Below, one piece after another: positions 38,224-50,957 of a stretch of DNA of 64,000 nt. Both the position numbers and the translations under genes were made by a program. The notes under the pieces were generated by a model that saw only the letters and a program-made list of their open reading frames with translations, made no database searches and was not told the DNA's origin. Numbering within the stretch: the first letter of the stretch is position 1; each line of letters starts with the position of its first letter. Origin of the DNA: Pseudogymnoascus verrucosus. Lineage: Eukaryota. The stretch lies in NCBI GenBank assembly GCA_001662655.1, contig KV460207.1, one strand, 5' to 3'.

Positions 38224-38988
38224 TCAGAACTGCTGCAGATCATCTTCAATCTGAAACTCACGCTCGTATGGGTCCAAAACATGAGCTACCAGTGTCTTCC
38301 ACCATGTTTGGTATCTACTGCCAAACCGTGATTTAGTATACTCCCAATATGCAGGCCACCAACCAGCCATTTCCCAGTCAATGATCCCAGTGACCTTTCC
38401 AGTTGTTGGCTCGACAAATATATGATCCCCACACAGATCAGCGTGGGTAAAAACAACCCCCTGATCATCTGCAGGTTGTTGGCGATAGTGTTTAACAAGC
38501 TCTTTCCGAGGACATCTGGCCACAGGGACCACAAGAAAATCGTGAAAATCCGATACTGAAGCGAAGGGTCCACAAGGATGGCCATTGTTGAGGCGATGGT
38601 CGTATGCTGAACCACCGCTACAAGACCCGATGGAGGCTGGCGTCGGAGACGGCACGGTCCGTAGTTCGTCGAGGTAGCTGCGAAGATCTGCCTGGGTCGC
38701 TGTGCGTGCTTCCTCGTTCATGCTGGGCCAAGCATCCGTGAGAGGACTTCCAGGAATCACGCTCATAGAGAACCAGCTGCTTCGACTCTCATCGTTCTCG
38801 TCGACATATGTTTCGAAAACGGAGGGGATGGGAATAGATGTATGTTGGCGAACAAATTCCATAGCCTCAACCTCTCTGTGAACTTGGCGACCTGTTCCGT
38901 GCTTGACATAGGAGCCTTCAGCCTTATGGGCACGCTTTAGTGGCACCATCAGAGGATTGATAGAAACTGATATGTGTGCGTTCGACAT
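38224..38988 (-). CDS. APH/choline-kinase-like phosphotransferase
   Basis: Motifs EVEAMEFVRQHTSIPIP, VFTHADLCGDHIFV and GIIDWEMAGWWPAYWEY. Confidence 0.85.
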   Translation of the reverse strand: MSNAHISVSINPLMVPLKRAHKAEGSYVKHGTGRQVHREVEAMEFVRQHTSIPIPSVFETYVDENDESRSSWFSMSVIPGSPLTDAWPSMNEEARTATQADLRSYLDELRTVPSPTPASIGSCSGGSAYDHRLNNGHPCGPFASVSDFHDFLVVPVARCPRKELVKHYRQQPADDQGVVFTHADLCGDHIFVEPTTGKVTGIIDWEMAGWWPAYWEYTKSRFGSRYQTWWKTLVAHVLDPYEREFQIEDDLQQF

Positions 38989-39713
38989 TTTTATCGTAAG
39001 ATAACCCAGGGAAGGTTAGTGGATTGGCTAGATCTGTTGCCGTTGTATCATCAATTCCCATGTGTAGACACATCCCGAGACTTTTCAGCCACACGAATGT
39101 CAGTGCCACAAAACCAAATCGAAGCCACAAAACCGGCCATCGGTGTCTGCATTACCTCACATTTACTCGATCCCGTAAGCCACCATAACCGACCAATCAT
39201 GCACCCTGTCACCTAACCACCACCAATATAAAACCCCCAAGCGCCACCTGGCTTGCACTCCGCTGAGGCTGACTAAGCTCCCGATTTTACCGCGCGCCAT
39301 AGGTCCAACCAGACCATGTACGTTGCTGACATCAGGCTCATCGGCGGTATTTGGAATAGACCCGCGTGCGATACTGTGTCGATGGCGAATCAGCGAAAGG
39401 GATTTTCAATATACTGTAATGGGTGGTGGGAATGCAAGCTTGTTCGCCAATGGAGAGGAGGCTGCTTACTCTGTGCCAGTTAATATAGTCGAGAAGGTGA
39501 CGTGATATAGCTACCCTACTTCATCTGTCAACAGAAGACGGGATGAACTCGTCAGCGTGGGCGGGGTATATAATACCCCTCCTCAGCTCCCATAGCTCAA
39601 GCTGACTGTCTCAACCCTAATCCCCTCCTCGCCACTCAATTATCCCTCTATCATCTATTGTCAATATATTACCCGTGGACTACCAACGATCAAAGTGGAA
39701 CAGAGCTGTCGCA

Positions 39714-40757
39714 ATGCCTCTCCCATCCGACGAGCAAATCCTCGCGACCTCGCGCGGTCTGATCGACCAGCTTCAAGCGCTATTTGGGAAACATCCTGGG
39801 TTCCGCCCTGGTGCGCCTCTCCTTCCCATCTTTCAATTATTTCCACTATACAGGCCCCTCCATCCGAAATAAACCACAATCTAACATTTCTTAGCTCATG
39901 CAAAGGGCCACCTCTTAACTGGGACCTTCACCCCCACCGAAAACGCAGCCAAACTCAGTTCTGCCCCCCATTTCAATCTCCCATCCACACCCCTCCTCGC
40001 CCGTTTCTCCACCTCCACTGGCCTCCCCGCCATCCCCGATACCGCCCCCCCAGCCGTCCCCCACGGCCTTGCCGTCCGCTTCCAGCTCCCCCCTCGCGAC
40101 GGGCGCCGCGTCCACACAGATTTAGTCACTCATTCCACACCTACCTTCCCCACTCGCACCGGCGAAGAGTTCCTCGAACTACTCACCGCAATTGGCGCCT
40201 CCTCGTCCTCTACCGAGTCTCCGAACCCCGTCGAGAAGTTCCTCAGCTCGCACCCTGCAGCACACTATCATGTCACGAATCCGCCCCCTGAGACTGGGAG
40301 TTACGCTACAGATACATTCTACGGCGTTAATGCCTTCCACCTCGTCGCTGAGGATGGGAAATCAACAGCAATCCGCTACCGCATCATCCCTTCGTCTTCC
40401 CCCACCACGTTATCAGCCGAGGAATTAAAGGCGAAGCCAGATAATTTCCTACGCACCGAGCTCGAGTCGCGCATCGGCGCCGGCCCGCTTGTCTTTTCCC
40501 TCGTTGCGCAGATTGCCGCCTCGGGCGACCCAACTGATGATGCGACGTCCCTGTGGCCCGAGGACAGGGATATTGTGGAGCTGGGCAAGATCGAGCTGGA
40601 TACGCTGCTCGATGAGGAAGAAGGAGGGAAGGAGCAGAAGCGTGTTATTTTCGATCCGATCCCGAGAATTGAGGGGGTAGAGGCGAGTGACGATCCGTTG
40701 TTGGAGATGCGGGCAGCCGTTTACTTGATTAGTGGACGGGAGAGGAGAGAGGCGTGA
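39714..40757 (+). CDS. Small catalase-related peroxidase (SrpA-like)
   Basis: GKHPGFRP|AHAKG across intron 39811-39894. Exon 2 is in frame with DDPLLEMRAAVYLIS (proximal R...Y). Confidence 0.88.
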
Positions 40758-42104
40758 AGGGAGGCGTGAAGGTGATATTCCGGCCTGCCGTTTTATGTTG
40801 TCCGTTGGCCTATGGCCTAGGCTAGTCACTAATACGATTATTGATATTGCTAGTTGGACTGTACTACCACCCGTCAATACTGGTGGTATATCGTAATTGA
40901 TGGAGAGTATATTTCTTACTATCTGCTCATACCCGCTGCCTATTTAGCATCTCAACTAAAGCTATCTCTATACGTGGCTATGCTTAATAAGTGCAAATAA
41001 TGGTGATCTATATAAGCATGTACGCTGCACTACGTATCTCCATGATAACAGTAATGCCTCCTGATACAACACTACCATTGACATCGACATGATTCGCCTC
41101 ATAGGTAAGCTTACAAAAGCATATATATCCCCCAGTACTTGTGTGTGGCTACTGGGTAAGCAACATTTCCAAGGGAGATGATACGCAACCAGAATAGCGT
41201 GTGAGAGAAAGACCGACGTTATTCCGTTGCTGGAGCCAACAAGGTTTTATGCACTACAATATGCGATACATATGGCAGGAATAATGGTGCCAATAGCTTC
41301 CTAATACATATAGGGTAAACCGTACAATAGGCGCATCGTGGGATAATCATCGACAACTCAAAGTGGTAATCTACGGACAACATCGAACCATAGTCTCTCC
41401 CCAGAGTCTGATTATAATCTGCAGTCTGTAGGATTTGTTGTGTCGCTATTCGTCTGTGTGTTTACATGGATCGGCAATCTAACGTTACAAGGCAAGGACT
41501 CGGACCACAAATGCAGGGATGTCGTTTTTGGTGGCTTTTATTCGCTCCGGCAGACCGCGGGTGTGGCTGCCTCGGGAGTTCGGATGGGGGAGAGGCATCA
41601 GTGCCACATGAACTTCTTAATACACCTGGGAAACCCACTCGCCGAGAAAGCTTGTAATAAACTGCTGTCCATATCAGTGTGGTAGTACTCTGTGCCGACT
41701 GCTCGTACGATCACCTACAGGTTCCAGTTAGCAGTGAAAAGCTAAAACACGGCTCCGAAGCCGTTATCTTGTTTTACCTTGCACGAGCGAGCACACAAGT
41801 AAGCAATGACGATATTGTGCCAGGGGTTGACGGCACAAAGGATTCCGCTAGTGGTCGTACCCCAGACCACAACAGCAGCAACGGCAACTTTGTGTGGGGA
41901 TATCTCCACAATATGTCAACACGCGCTCGTACCAGCGCCAATCTTCTCCATTCTTAAACCTAGAAGACGGTGAGATTGGAGAATGAAATGAGGGGTAAAA
42001 ACTAGGAAATGAGGGTGGAGTCACCGTTTATATGGGCCAAGCTGCCCCCCAAGATGTGAAATGTTCTTTGATTTCACCTTTCACGTTTCTCGAATAGCGC
42101 AATC

Positions 42105-44296
42105 ATGGCTGAACCGAAAGCAGTTGCACCTCTCGTCGAGGCTATCGACAAGTATGAGCTTCACGGTTCTTGATAATATTATACTCAAGCTAACCATTTC
42201 CTAGTAATGAAGCTGGCTACAACCCAGACCGCGTTAACCTGAACTCAAACATTTCGGGGAGGTAAGCTTTACGAAGCATTCGCTAAAAGGCTTGTGTTGA
42301 AAAAAACTAGAATAGAGAATCCACTCGCTGGTATTCCTCGCGACACCCTCCTCTTAGAAGTTGAGAAGTTTGCAGAGGAAAAGGCCCTCACTGAGCATGT
42401 CGATATCCTCAAAAAGGGTGCACTCGTCGCCCAAGATCCTCTCAATTATGAGGATATTACGGGCGAGCACAGCTTAACCGACGCAGAGGTTGAGGATCTT
42501 CGTAACGAGATTCTACACAAGTGGCGCCACCCAATGACTCTTTATCTAACCATCCTTCTTTGTTCCGTCGGGGCAGCTGTGCAAGGCTGGGATCAAACCG
42601 GTTCCAATGGAGCCAATTTGTCCTTCCCCAAATTTTTTAATATCGGGACTGAAAGCACCCGCGACCAGCTGCTTGTCGGTCTTGTAAACTCTGCGACATA
42701 TCTCGGCTCGTCTCTCTTCGGATGCTGGATTTCGGATCCTTTGAACTTTTATTTTGGACGCCGTGGCACAATCTTCTTTTCCGCCGTCTTCTGCTTCCTC
42801 CCGGTTATTGGCTCTGCATTCACACAGACTTGGCAACAGCTCTTCGCCTGCCGTATCCTGCTCGGATTTGGTATGGGCGCAAAAGGCTCAACTATCCCAA
42901 TCTTTGCTGCTGAAAACGCGCCTGCCAGTATCCGAGGTGCCTTGGTCATGAGCTGGCAGTTATGGACAGCCTTTGGAATCTTCCTGGGGTACTCTGCTAA
43001 TCTTGCCGTTGCTCATGTGGGAAAGAATGCATGGAGACTCCAACTTGGGTCCGCTATGCTCCCTGCCATTCCTCTACTAATCGGTGTCTACTTCTGCCCT
43101 GAGTCACCACGTTGGTGCATGAGTACGTACCTCCAACTGTTCTCAAATTTGAAATTAATGCTGACGCCGAAATATCAGAGAAGAATAGATACCCTCAGGC
43201 AATGGGGTCTCTATTGCGACTTCGCAACAGCCCGCTCCAAGCAGCTCGCGATCTCTATTACATCCATAAACAGCTCGAAGTTGAGGCGTCCATCATCGGC
43301 AAGAGCAACTACATAACTCGCTTTATCGAGCTCTTCACCATTCCTCGAGTTCGCCGCGCGACCCTTGCCTCTTTCACTGTCATGATTGCGCAGCAAATGT
43401 GCGGTATCAACATCATCGCATTCTACTCTTCCACAATCTTCGTGTCGTCTGGCTTTGATCAGTATCAAGCACTGTGGGCTTCGTGGGGCTTCGGTCTTAT
43501 CAACTTCCTTTTTGCGTTCCCTGCACTCTGGACCATTGACACGTTTGGGCGACGAGCACTGCTCCTCTTCACGTTTCCCAACATGGCGTGGACGCTCTTG
43601 ACTGCCGGACTCTGCGCGCTGATTCCCGTACACTTTAAAATCCACTTGGGGTTGGTGGCATTGTTCATCTATCTCTTTGCCATGTTCTACTCCCCAGGTG
43701 AAGGGCCTGTCCCATTCGCATACTCGGCTGAAGTCTTCCCATTGTCCCACCGTGAAGTTGGAATGGGCTGGGCTGTGGCAACATGCTTTTTCTGGGCTGC
43801 TATTCTTTCGATCTTCTTGCCACTCATGTTGGTAGCAATGTCTCCCACCGTAAGTTTGCACCGAATTCTATTCTAATTTCTCCAACTTGCCGCTAACTTA
43901 TATGAAAAGGGTGTGTTCTGCTTCTATGCAGGAACTAACCTTATTGCCTTGGTCATGATATTCCTCTGGGTTCCCGAGACCAAACAGCGCACACTCGAGG
44001 AGCTAGACTACATCTTCGCCGTCCCTACTCGCACCCACATGCACTATCAGATCAACAAGGCCCTTCCGTACTTTATCCAGAGATGGGTCTTCTTTAATAA
44101 AAACGCTGTCCTCGAGCCTCTTTATAAATTCGACACTGCCGGGGCGACTGACAAGTCTAGAATCGCGGATATGCATGCAAATGACCTCCGACGTGCCGAG
44201 CTGCGCAATGATAACAGTGCCTCCGATGAGAACGTGGAAAAGACTGAGAAACAAAATGAAGCTTCAGACGAGATTGTCGAGAAGGTTCGAGAATAG
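42105..44296 (+). CDS. MFS sugar-porter family transporter (polyol/myo-inositol-like)
   Basis: Multi-exon. Motifs [35 protein letters not shown] and [12 protein letters not shown]. Confidence 0.92.
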
Positions 44297-44856
44297 ACTT
44301 TCTATTAGAAATTGATAAGTTACGCACGAGGTCTAGTGAGGCGAGAGACAGATTGGGGGGGTTATTGTCTTGGAACTGCTAGTGGATAGTTTGGTAGACA
44401 TCGCAGCAGTTATGAATTTAACTCCATAATTCGAGATTGGTTGCTGGTGCAGCTACAAATTGTAGAAGGTCTTCTATGGCTGAGGATTGTGAAGAAATGA
44501 AAGCCCCAGTTATGACTATAGCCCACACAAATCGCCCAGTTATGAGAAGGAAGCCAATGAATTTTATTTCTTCCATTCATTGCCGCCCTAAAGCATGACT
44601 TCTAATTGGGCCGTATTCGCCTTGCCGTTTGGTGAGAAGGAGAGTGGTGCATGTTAATGATCTCAATATATGGGAAGATATTTGAGTCACGGTCTAGGTG
44701 AGATTTCAAGGGCATGATTATTAGTGCACATGAGAACCATGCTCATGGTAAGTCTTGTGTATTTATTGAAATCTAGTCTTTACCTATATATAATTCAAAT
44801 TTGTACAGTACAGCTCAGCATGCTCCCAATAGGCGATTACTTTCGCTATAATCCGA

Positions 44857-45450
44857 TCACGGTGGGACGACCACATCTAGCGGGACGCAGGGATAGTTCT
44901 CATGGGAACCAAATCTCTCTTCATCGATCCAGTTCTGTAATGCTGTGTTGGTATCGCACACTGGGATTCCCACAACACCTGGTGAGCGAATGCCCATGTC
45001 ATACAGGCTGCTTGCCGTCTTGCTGTCATTTGGGTCGGCTAATTTGCAGCCATTCTTATCCCCATTAGCATGGTATCCGTTGACGCCGCTAGAAATCACT
45101 ATGTTAGATATTGTACTGTAAAAATCCAGTCCACGAAGAAAAGATACAACTCACCCTACTACGAAATCATCGAGCTTCACGCCACCCCAAAGTTTGCCAT
45201 CTAGTTTATCAATGCCAGCGGGTGCCGAATAATAATTATGCTTGCAAAATCCCTCGCGGCCAGTGGTGCATGTGGCAACAGTTCCCTTCAGAACGACGAG
45301 GTAGTAAAGCTTGTTGCCAGCGCATGCCCAAGTCCAGATACTCAATGGTGAGATCGAAGGTGCCGCAAGGAACACCAGCGTCAAGAATGAATGGCTTCTG
45401 GCTCGACAGCTGCCATGCGCTAGGGATAAGATGAGCAAATAGAGCTCTCT
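44857..45450 (-). pseudogene. Frameshifted 3' remnant of a conserved fungal hypothetical (probably secreted) protein gene
   Basis: RALFAHLIPSAWQLSSQKPFILDAGVPC sits in one frame and shifts to TWACAGNKLYYLV...APAGIDKLDGKLWGGV. After an intron the reading is GIRSPGVVGIPVC...NYPC. No 5' portion was found. Confidence 0.55.
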
Positions 45451-46266
45451 AGGTAAACGAGGATTTGCTATTGCCAAGGTGCCAGGCTGCTGTCGTCGTT
45501 GTTGCAGCTGTTGCAGTTTTGCTGGCTATATTTCAGACGTGAGTCAGTCTCTCTAGAGATCGACAAGGGTTAGAATCCTCCACAGCCACGGTAACTCAGC
45601 ATTCCTTCAGATAGTAGACTAACGCCTAAAATGGTATTCCCCGTAACGGTTTCATAGCGCTATGTCCGAAATGGTTTCCCGCGAAACGGTTTCACGGGAG
45701 CCATGAAGGACAAATGCTCTTCAAACTTTGGTCTTGGAAAAAGCTTGACAGGATCGATTTCAATTCCAAACAATACCATTGAACTTCTCAACAGTTGCAG
45801 GGCATTTCGGTCTAAGCACCATTTGTGCTCACAAGGCAGACTACTACGTATACGCCTCGCGTGATTAAGCAGGCCAGACTCCATGATCTGAATTATAAAA
45901 AACTAATAAAGTACTCTTCCATCGCCCATCATGGACCTTACATCACGTGCCTCCACAGTCAAAAATAACGTGACTTTCCCAAATATATTGTGTGAGTTAC
46001 GAGCGTAAACCAAACTTGTAGATTATTACTGGGCTACGGCCTTTACTTATGCCGTAGCCTTCGGAGCTATTCTCCGTACGAAACATACTAATTTTTCACT
46101 AAGTCCAGCTATGTAAACCCGTGATCTCTGCCTGATTCTTCAGGCCAGAATCACAATTGCGAGGTCATCGTTACCATTGACATCAATGATATCACCACCC
46201 GAGTCACTCCGTCACCGCCATAATATCGCATTCACGTGCTAAATCTCCAATGCCTCATCCGCGAAG

Positions 46267-48077
46267 ATGTCCCTCTCCCTCCGTCGTGCCTTAACATACA
46301 GCCTCAATCGCAATCCCAGTCCGTCCTTGAACGCTAGAAGAACACTGCATTCCTCGCGCGCCATGGCTGAGGTGAAGAAGACCACGCCGAAAATGAGGCA
46401 GCGGGATATTGTGTCAAGTTTCTTGTGCGCGCCGCCGGTGGAGGAGGGCGGGCAGCATCGGTTCGTGCTGTTCAAGAGGAGCCAAGAAGTGTCTTCTTAT
46501 CGGTAGGATATATTTTTAATTACAGCTATCATTTTAATCATACGTCATGATATATCCACCCTATTTTTTATTATACAGATAAACCTACCCGTTTACCTTA
46601 CCCACTACTCCCCAAAATAATACCCAATGCACAGCCATCTCTAACACACACCAGCGGCAAATGGGCCGTCTGCTCCGGCACAATCGAGGCCACAGACGCC
46701 AGCCCCCTCGCAGCCGCCTACCGCGAAATCGCCGAAGAAACCCAACTCACCCCCCCCTCTATCAGCCTCCTCCGGCGCGGCCGCCCCTTCACCCTCCGCG
46801 ACGAAACCATCAGCACAGACTGGACCATCCACCCCTTCGCCTTCCTTCTCGCCTCTCCTGACACCCCCTTAACCATAGACTTCGAACACACCGAGTACAC
46901 CTTCGTGACGCCCTCCCAGCTCTCTGAGTACGACACCGTCCCAGCCCTAGCAGACACGACACTCCGCGTCCTTCCCGGCGCGGAAGTCGAAGACGCACTC
47001 CGCACACTCCGCTCGGACCACACCTCCGGCGCCACTGCCCTGGCCACCCTCGCGCTACTCACCCTCCGTCGCGCCCTCCTCCCTCCTCTCTCCACGGCCC
47101 CAACCACGGCTGTCCAATGGCGCGCAACCCGCCTCCTCGCCTGGACGCTCGCGAAGTCCGCGCGTCCCGCCATGGCGCCCGCGATCGAGGCCTCAGTCTT
47201 CGGGGCGCTGGAACGTATTTCGCTTTCTATTGGCGGTGTGGGAAAAAACGATGACCTCAAAGTAGCGATGGAGGCGTTGCCGATAGAGGAGTTTAGGCAG
47301 GTGGCTACGAAGGCGATTGAGGATGTGATGGAAGCGAGGGAAGAAGCGGTGTTGAAGCTCGCTTCGAACTTTACGGCGTGCGTGCAGCATAGTGCAGGGT
47401 ACCAGGCTGCGTTTACGGAGCAGAGGCCAGTGACGTTGGTTATCCTGTCTGCGTCGGCGAGTGTAGCGGCCTGCGTAGCGGATCTAGCTCGCGCGGCGGC
47501 GGCGACGAAGATGGGTGTTAGGGTTTTAGTATTGGAGTCGCGGCCGGGGTTTGAGGGTGTTGATATCGCGAGGGCGGTACTGGATTTGGTGGGCTCGGAT
47601 GCGGAGGTTGAGATGCAGATCTTGACTGATGCGGGGGTGGGGTGGGCGGTGGGGGAGGCGGATTTTGTGATGCTTGGGGCGGATAGGGTGACGGGGGAGG
47701 GGGATGTGAGTAATAAGACAGGATCGCTTGCTGCGGCTGGGTTGGCACCCACGGTGGGGAATGGATGTAAGGTTGTGGTTGTCTGCTGTGAAGAGAAGAT
47801 TATGGGTGATGATGGGGGTGGGGAGGGGTTGGCGGAGGCGGAGGCGGATGGGGGAGAGGAGAATGAGTCGTCAGAGGTGACGGCGGCCTGGCCGGCGAGG
47901 GCGAAGGAGGTCGGGGAGCTGGAGGGTGTTAAGGTGCGGAATCCGTATTTTGAATGGGTGCCGAGTCGGTTTGTGGATGTGTATGTGACGGAGGCAGGGG
48001 AGGTGGGAGTTGAAGGGTTAAAGAAAGTGGCACGGGAGAGGAGGGAGTTGGAGGAGCGCTTATTTGATGGTTTGTAG
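46267..48077 (+). CDS. NUDIX hydrolase fused to an eIF2B-alpha/ribose-1,5-bisphosphate-isomerase-like (IF-2B) domain
   Basis: Exons 46267(or 46363)-46502 and 46655-48077. Nudix box SGTIEATDASPLAAAYREIAEETQL; IF-2B motifs DHTSGA, RPAM, ESRPGFEG, GADRV...NKTGS and NPYFEWVP. Confidence 0.88.
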
Positions 48078-48420
48078 AGTGATATATGGGTGTTATTTAT
48101 ATTAAGTGGGAAGGTGTATGATATTTATAATATCAAATAGTTATTTATATAAAGTGCAAAGGCATAGGCTAATTATAACATTGAAGATTAGCACACGATA
48201 GCAACAACTTTCTCTACTTATTAAAAAATATCCAAGCAACATATTCGATACAAAGACCCTATCGTATGCATTAGAGGGCCCCATGTGCAGTGCGCAAAGG
48301 AATCTAAAGTTGCATAGATATTCATTTTAGAACTAGCTACAGGTTCAACATCTGTTCTATGCATCTAAGATCTATACCAATGGTTCAAGCGAGGTCTGCA
48401 TATTTATATAGGGTAGGTAA

Positions 48421-48644
48421 GCTAAAATGGCAAACCCCGGCACTATTACGATAATAACGCGAAACTTACACGAAAATGTTGCTTCGCCTCACTCACCCCG
48501 CTCACCCCACTCACCTTGCTCACCCCCCGGCTCACCTGCCTCGCCCTGCTCACCCCTTGCCTCACCCTTCAGGTGGCAAGGGCCCGCGATTCCACGCTAT
48601 GCCTATTGGCACGATTGAGACTATTAGCCAGAGGATACGCAAGC
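48421..48644 (-). repeat. Composite repeat copy E: best-preserved foreign body, with CTCACC array, ending at CAAGC
   Basis: Shares blocks with copies B, C and D. 48613-48644 equals 59172-59203 at 30/32 nt. Confidence 0.85.
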
Positions 48645-48914
48645 AATCCTCTGGATAATACTTGAATTGGTGCCATCGGGCCAAGTGGGTGAGCTTCGCT
48701 GCCGTTACTCTTATTTTGTGATCACGACCGCCTTGACTACCTCGACCACCCAAAAGTGAATCCGTTTTTTACAACATGATAGGACGGCCTATACATGAAC
48801 AACACATGAATAACATATGAAAATAGATCATAATACACAGCACAGTTCAAAATAAAGTTCTAATTTTAACAAGAAGCCCTCTTTCAGTGATCATAATTTG
48901 CGACTGAATCCTAA

Positions 48915-50607
48915 TCAAGCTCTTATAGCATTCTCTACAATCTTCAACGACACGACCAACTCCTCATCCCTTCCAGGGCGGCCCAAGATTTGAAATCCAG
49001 ACGGCGCACCTTCCACATCCTTGGGCAGATATGCTGGAACATATGAGACATCGCGGCGAAAGGGAACATCAAGTTCGGCATTAGCGTTGCCATGTGGAAT
49101 GGAAACTGAAGGGTAATCGACCAGATTCGCAAGAAGAGTATAGAACGCAGGACCGTAGGTATCGTGTCCAACAGCAGTTCCTTGGTACACAGGCATAATA
49201 AGAACATCAAGCCCCTCCTTTACCCATGCATTTTTGAACTGGTTACATACCTCGCGCCGCTCGAGGTTCACACGGAAGGCATCGTCGACGGTTGGCTGGT
49301 AGTGTTTGAGTTCTGGCAGAGAAGTGTTGGATATGGACGGAATGGGTGGTTCGCCGGATACCTTTAGCTGAGAGAGGATATAATTGGTGGGATCCATGCT
49401 AAATAGGTAATAAGCAGTAGTAACGGCCTTGTCAAGGAATTGCGATGGTAAATGCTGCTCCATGTTCACAACAATGTGCCCTGCTATCTCCAATTTCGAA
49501 ATGGCGTCTTTGAAAGTCCGCAACACAGATGGGTGGAGAGGGAATTTATTGCTTTCCGTGACAAAACCGATTCGAAGTTTCTTCCCGGCTACCTCAGAGA
49601 TGCTTGGAGACACTGACCGCCATGGTGCATACATCGCAGTTTCGTCCAGAGACCAAATATCATTTTCGGCACTTAGAAAATTCTTGAGGAAGTATTCGAC
49701 ATCCCGAACAGAGCGTGTGAGTGGACCACCTGTTGAAAGGATGCCCCACCCGCCTGGGCGAGCGGCAGATTCCTGGCCAGCAACGGGAAAGCGACGGGCA
49801 GTAGGTCGGAACCCAATTGTGCCGTTCACATAAGCTGGAATGCGAATGGAACCTCCAATATCAGTCCCGACTCCAATGATGGAGCCCTTCATGGCGAGAA
49901 GAGCTCCTTCGCCACCAGATGAGCCGCCAGCAGTTAAAAGGAGGCTGTGGGGATTAAGAACCCGCCCGAAAAGGTTGTTATCAGATTCTGCAGTCATCAT
50001 AGTTTGTGGGATGTTGGTCTTGACATAAAGAACCGCACCTTGACCTATGAGGATCTGCGCCACAGCTGAATGGGACTCTTCAACAGGACGTTCAACAAAC
50101 GAGATAAACCCAAGGGTAGTTCTAACGCCTTCTACCGCAAAGCATTCCTTAATAGAAATCGGGAGGCCATGAAAGGGTCCTAATGTCTTCTTCTCTCTCG
50201 CTAGGTAATCGTCGCAGAATTTTGCGCGCTTGAGAGCAATGTCAAAAAATGTTTCGGTAAGGCAGTTTGTCTGTATTTGTTAGCTTAGTTGAGATAATTT
50301 GTTAACAATGGTAATATACTAATTGTTGGGCAATCGCAGCACGCTTGCAGAAGGCTGTAGTGACGGCAACAGATGTGAACTTCCCCTGTGCTAACAATTC
50401 GGCCATCGCCACCGCATCATAATTTTCAGTGATGTCTAATTCTTCCTTTGTCAAAATGTCGCATGTTCTTGGAATATCCAAAACGTTCTGCTCTGAAGTC
50501 TGAGAAATATTATCCGTAATCGAGGCTGGTAGTCGCCATTCCTTTGGGATTTTCTCGGCCATAATTGAGCGGTATCTCGCAGCCGATTCTTGCCATGTTG
50601 CCATCAT
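48915..50607 (-). CDS. Amidase-signature family amidase (acetamidase/general amidase-like)
   Basis: Two exons (intron about 50319-50271). Motifs KRAAIAQQL|TNCLTE, GLPISIKE, GGSSGGEG and GTDIGGSIRIPA. Confidence 0.92.
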
Positions 50608-50957
50608 GAAAACCAGTGTTTGGTTAAAAGACTAATTTTGAAACTGTGTTGTCAGGTAGTAAATTGTGAACGGATTGGAAATGTAGGAAAGAAAGAAGGA
50701 GGGGGATAATAGGAGCAGCTTTATATATTTAGCAAATATATACATTCTAAACCCCGCAAACACCCCATGTTCCACTACCAGCTCCACAATGTCCAAGGCA
50801 CCCAAGTCGACGTCTAAATTCATTTACCAGGCCTTAGTCGAACCTTGGGGGCCGTTCAGGTTAGTAACTATTGGGATATCCGATTTCATGCCATTGGCGT
50901 TAGCCAATCAGGTGTAATTGCGCGCTACTAACAATATCCACAATTAGTCACATCCAC

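Noticed and set aside
41838..41866. ggattccgctagtggtcgtacccca as the missing 5S 3' half
   Set aside because: The resemblance is short and gapped and the flanks do not fit, so it cannot be distinguished from chance by eye.
46032..46059. 9-bp perfect hairpin ggctacggc/gccgtagcc
   Set aside because: Too short to interpret, and bacterial-style terminators do not apply here.
46718..47752. 344-aa minus-strand ORF (and similar ones at 24297-24989, 43211-43861, 62502-63074)
   Set aside because: These are antisense shadows of real GC-rich genes, with no family features.
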